A stretch of DNA of 47,032 nucleotides from Hydrurus foetidus (taxonomy: Eukaryota): NCBI GenBank assembly GCA_900617105.1, contig UYFQ01000239.1, positions 1-47,032 of the forward strand, given 5' to 3'. This document shows positions 43,184-47,032 of this stretch, piece by piece. The notes below the pieces were generated by a model. It was given only the letters and a program-made list of their open reading frames with translations. It ran no database searches and was not told the origin of the DNA. The position numbers were made by a program, and so were the translations under genes. Numbering within the stretch: position 1 is the first letter of the stretch; each line of letters opens with the position of its first letter.

Positions 43184-46100
43184 TTACTTGTCTGTCGGAA
43201 TTATTTTCGACATGCCGTGAAGGCGTAGATATGTGTGAAGAGCGTCTGTAAGACGAAGATTCTTCCACGACTCCCACGTATTGTGCGAGTCATCAAAGTC
43301 AGTCCATTTGACTAAAAACCGCATTTGGGTTTTGCGCCTGGAATTGCCTTGGTGCTGAAGAATGGAATCGATAAAGAATTCCATATAATCGCGGCGTGCT
43401 ACATCAGCAGGATCCGTATGTTTCGGATTGAAAACAAATTGTTTAAGATTACTAATATGAAGATGTTTATGTTTCTTCGTAGTTATATCTAACAACGTAT
43501 AATCAGAGTTGTGAATCGATATCACTTGAAACGGTCCCCGCCACAACGTGTGTAACCGTGTGGGCGGTTGTGTGGTATATCTAGCCAACACATATGAACC
43601 TACGGGAAAAACCGTTATATCCTGTGGACTTGTGGCAACATGAGCCGCGTCCATTGTGCGCAAAGCAGTTTGTGCTTGGGCAATCAGGGTATCCTGGATG
43701 TGATACATCTCACAGACCACTTTCGATGCGGAAGTTTCCACTTCCGGTAATTGTGGGAATGGTGAAAGTATGCCCGAATCAAGATTGATTTGGTTACCAA
43801 ACAATAAACTTGCTGGGGAGGCATTGGTACTGCTGTGAATTGAAGAATTCAAAATGCGCTGTACAAACGGTAAGCAGTTTTTGTACTGGTACACGTCGTT
43901 TGTATCATACAGGAACGAACGTAAGTACCGGTTAATTTCTTTATTAACTCGTTCAACTATAGCATTCTCTTGTTTAGAGTATGCTAGTGTCAAGTTGTGG
44001 GGTGTACCCGTTGACACGAGGAATTGTTTGATCAATTCGTTAGCAAAATGCGAACCCCGATCAGATCTGATCATTTGGGGTGCACCGTATCTTCCAAAGT
44101 GTTGGAGAAGGCAATCGGTAGCCGATTTGGCCGTATTATCGGCACACCAAAATAGTTCTGTCCATCGTGTGAAAGCACAGATGATGACAAGAACGTAAGA
44201 GGCATCGGGGAAGGGTCCGATGAAATCGATGTTCAATACATGGAACGGTTTGTACGCAGAAGTAACGTACTTGTGTACACGTATCGGTACGCGTGTCGCG
44301 TTCATCTTCTGGCAGCATGCACATTGTTGTATAAACAAGTGGGTGTGCTGAACCATGTGTTCCCACTGAATGGGTAAGCTTAAAGCTTTTCTACGGTGCG
44401 TTTAACGCCCCCGTGTCCAACAAACTTGTTGTGGCACATGTTGAGTGCGTCGCGCTGCGTATCAGTCATTTCTGGGATGACCTTGAGGGCGCCGCAAAAC
44501 GGGCCCGGTAAGTTATCCGGTTCTGTGCCAGTGGTGGCTGGTTGAACCTTGATGACAAGGTCCGAGAGATTAGCACAGAGGCGGGACATAGCGTCCGCTA
44601 CCGTGTTCTCAGACCCTCGCACGTATGCGATTGTGTAATCGAGCTCTTGTAGAGCCATGGACCATCTCCCTACCATCGAGTTAGGGGAGGATTTCATGTA
44701 TGTCAGATTTTTATGATCTGTGTGAATCGTAAACTTGCGATCACGTAATAGTGGATCAAGTTTTGTACAACACAAGTAGATAGCATAAGCTTCTTTCTGG
44801 ATTGTTGACCAGTTCAACTGTGAGAAGGTGAGTGACTTACTCACAAATGAAATGGGTTTCATTTCATCTCCAACTTTTTGGAACAGTACACCACCTACAC
44901 CATAATCCGATGCGTCGGTGTATAAATGTATTGGTGATACATTATCAATGAAGTGCATTAGGGGGCATTGAGAGATTGCCTGCCTAATGTCTTGAAACGC
45001 TTTAATGGTTTCAGCATTCCAAGTTACTCTGGAATGTTTATGAGTTGTAGACACCGTCATTTTATGTAACGGTGCTACTATGTTGGAGTGGTTTGGTACG
45101 AACCCTCTAAAATAGTTCGCTAAACCGAGAAATCCCCTAAGGGCAGTAACGGTTTTAGGGCGAGGAAAATCTAAAACAGATTTTATTTTCTCAGCCGACA
45201 TAGATAACCCCTCTTTGGAGATCACACGTCCGACGTATTCGAGGCGTGTAACTCCGAACTTACACTTCTTAGCTTTCAAGAATAAATTCTTTTCTCGAAA
45301 ACGGATGAAGACATCACGAAGTCTCTGCAGAAACTCGTCAGGCCCATTACCAAATACAATGCAATCATCGAGATACATCTCACATGTTACATATAAAAGG
45401 CCCGCAAGGACAACCGTGGCCATCATCTCCTGGAAGTATGATGGGGCACGTTTGAGGCCGAAAGGCAATCGAGTGAATTGGTAAATTCCAGAGAAGCATA
45501 TGAATGCAGTCAGGATTTTGGCTGATGCCGTAAGGGGTGCTTGGTGGTAGCCGGACGTTAAGTCCATAACTCCAAAGATGTCAGGTTGACGAGCGCCAAT
45601 GCGTTCAAACATTGCTGGAATGTTTGGGAGTGGCCAACTGGCCGACTCCGTACAGTTATTAAGTGGCCGGAAGTCAATACATACACGGTATTGTCCGGGT
45701 GACTTCTGTACTACCACAGGGTGACTGTAGTATACCGCATTAGACTTTTCAACCACCCCGATCCGTATCAGATCCTGAAGGTTATTGTGAATCGCCTCTT
45801 CCTTCTGTGAGGATTGTGGGCGGAGCGGGGTCCTGTTACCAGGTACTTCCCATTGTGCCGCCTTATGATCAATATCAAAAGGAGGTATACGGGCCGGTTC
45901 ACGGGCCACCTCATCTTGAAAGATGTCAATAAATTCGGTACATAATGCTCTGCATGCTGTTTGCAGAGCTTCCGACCCACCAAAGGTGATTGTCGAGATG
46001 ACGTCGTTCGCCCTACCTGTTGGGGTAGGGTCTTTCATCAATGCAGAAAGAAACGGACCGAATGCATCTGTTTTGTCATCATCAATCTCATCTCCATTGA

Positions 46101-47017
46101 GATTGATTCCGCACGGCAACACGCTCGCGGCGTTAAGTGTTACTGTGTTCACTCTCGTCCCGGTCTCAGAAGGGGGGCGGTTAATACCACTGCCCGTCCA
46201 TAGCGCAGATGGACCCCACTCTTCTCCCACTGTTGGAATACGGTGGGTGCTCGAGTGACCTTCGTCTCCATTGTCAGCAGTGTCGGTAATTAGGCGACAC
46301 TGTGTACAAGGACTACGCGATCCGACAGCGTCACTATGATGACAACAGACGTCGGTATGTGAATCTGTACCGATGTCGGACTCTGCCCTTAAGGGAAGTA
46401 GACCGATGTCATCTGGGCTGGGTGACGTTTCGATTAACGTAGGGTCAAAGCCCATACGTACGTTTCGGCGTCAGCACAAACAAGTTGTGTTGATTCAGGG
46501 ACTTGCGTCCGATGATCAGATCCAATTGTGCAAAAGGATTAACACTAAAAGTGATATAGATAGTGTGCTTAATATTACTATCATCGAAAAAAGTAAGGCC
46601 TAAATCGACTAAGGTATTACACCTATAACAAGTTCCATCAAGACCGCTACAAACGTTAAGTGCTGTTGAAGACACATAACAATGAGCAAGTGCATCAAGT
46701 GAGACAAGCAGTGATTTGGAAACAAAATCGCCGGCCATGCTACCCGTGTCTAGGAGCGCGTGCGCTGTAAGACTAAGTCCCGTGGACTGGGGTGCTGACG
46801 CGGCTGTGGTGGGGGCGTGTCCCTGCAAGGTTCTTCGTTCATCCTTGAACACCAATAATGAAAGAAGTTCATTAGGATGTGTTGAGTGTACCGCTGCTAC
46901 AAGTGAGTCAGACGGTAACGTACCTATGAGCGGTATTTCCGACATGTCGGTCTGGTTATGGCATGCCGCCAGCACCTCCGAGATTAGAGGCAGGGAGGTA
47001 TGGGGTGGCTGTAACAC
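43184..47017 (-). pseudogene. pol: pol polyprotein (aspartic protease, RT, RNase H, integrase, chromodomain) with two frameshifts (~46460 and ~44375)
   Basis: Protease LLDTGS...IIGR; RT YRVCIDFRPLN, LPFGLK and YLDD; RNase H TDASDYG; integrase H..GH...C..CQ, IDFIGP, SDRG and VERVN; chromodomain FLVKWTDFDDSHNTWE. Confidence 0.97.
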
Positions 47018-47032
47018 GTGAAGACATGGGGG

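Larger units (their letters stand above)
42607..47032 (-). mobile_element. Ty3/gypsy chromovirus copy 4, 3' part (pol, 3' UTR, PPT, 3' LTR)
   Basis: Domain order PR-RT-RH-IN-chromodomain; polypurine tract directly before the LTR. Confidence 0.97.

Noticed and set aside
44360..44395. Programmed frameshift or readthrough between RNase H and integrase
   Set aside because: The break falls inside the integrase HHCC zinc finger, which is more consistent with a mutation or sequencing indel.

Overview
Eukaryotic, intron-rich DNA, inferred to be from a stramenopile-like protist. A central island of host genes holds a tesmin/LIN54-type CXC-domain gene (-), head-to-head with an intron-containing RecN homologue (+), and a many-exon SPCA/PMR1-type Ca2+/Mn2+ P-type ATPase (-). 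A broken fucosyltransferase-like gene lies near 40 kb. Both flanks are nested transposon debris: four related Ty3/gypsy chromovirus-type LTR elements with ~207-bp LTRs, a decayed Ty1/copia, an OTU-bearing Helitron, hAT-type and MULE transposases, MITEs, and three TIR elements with atypical end/TSD combinations. The most striking signal is that none of the three gypsy 5' LTRs is followed by a tRNA primer-binding site. Each is instead followed by a 12-nt palindrome overlapping the last LTR base (AGTAGATCTACT, AGTAAATCTACT, AATAGCGCTATT), where the sequence changes but self-complementarity is kept. This suggests a tRNA-independent, dimer- or hairpin-based priming mechanism. All calls come from reading motifs by eye; no database searches were run.
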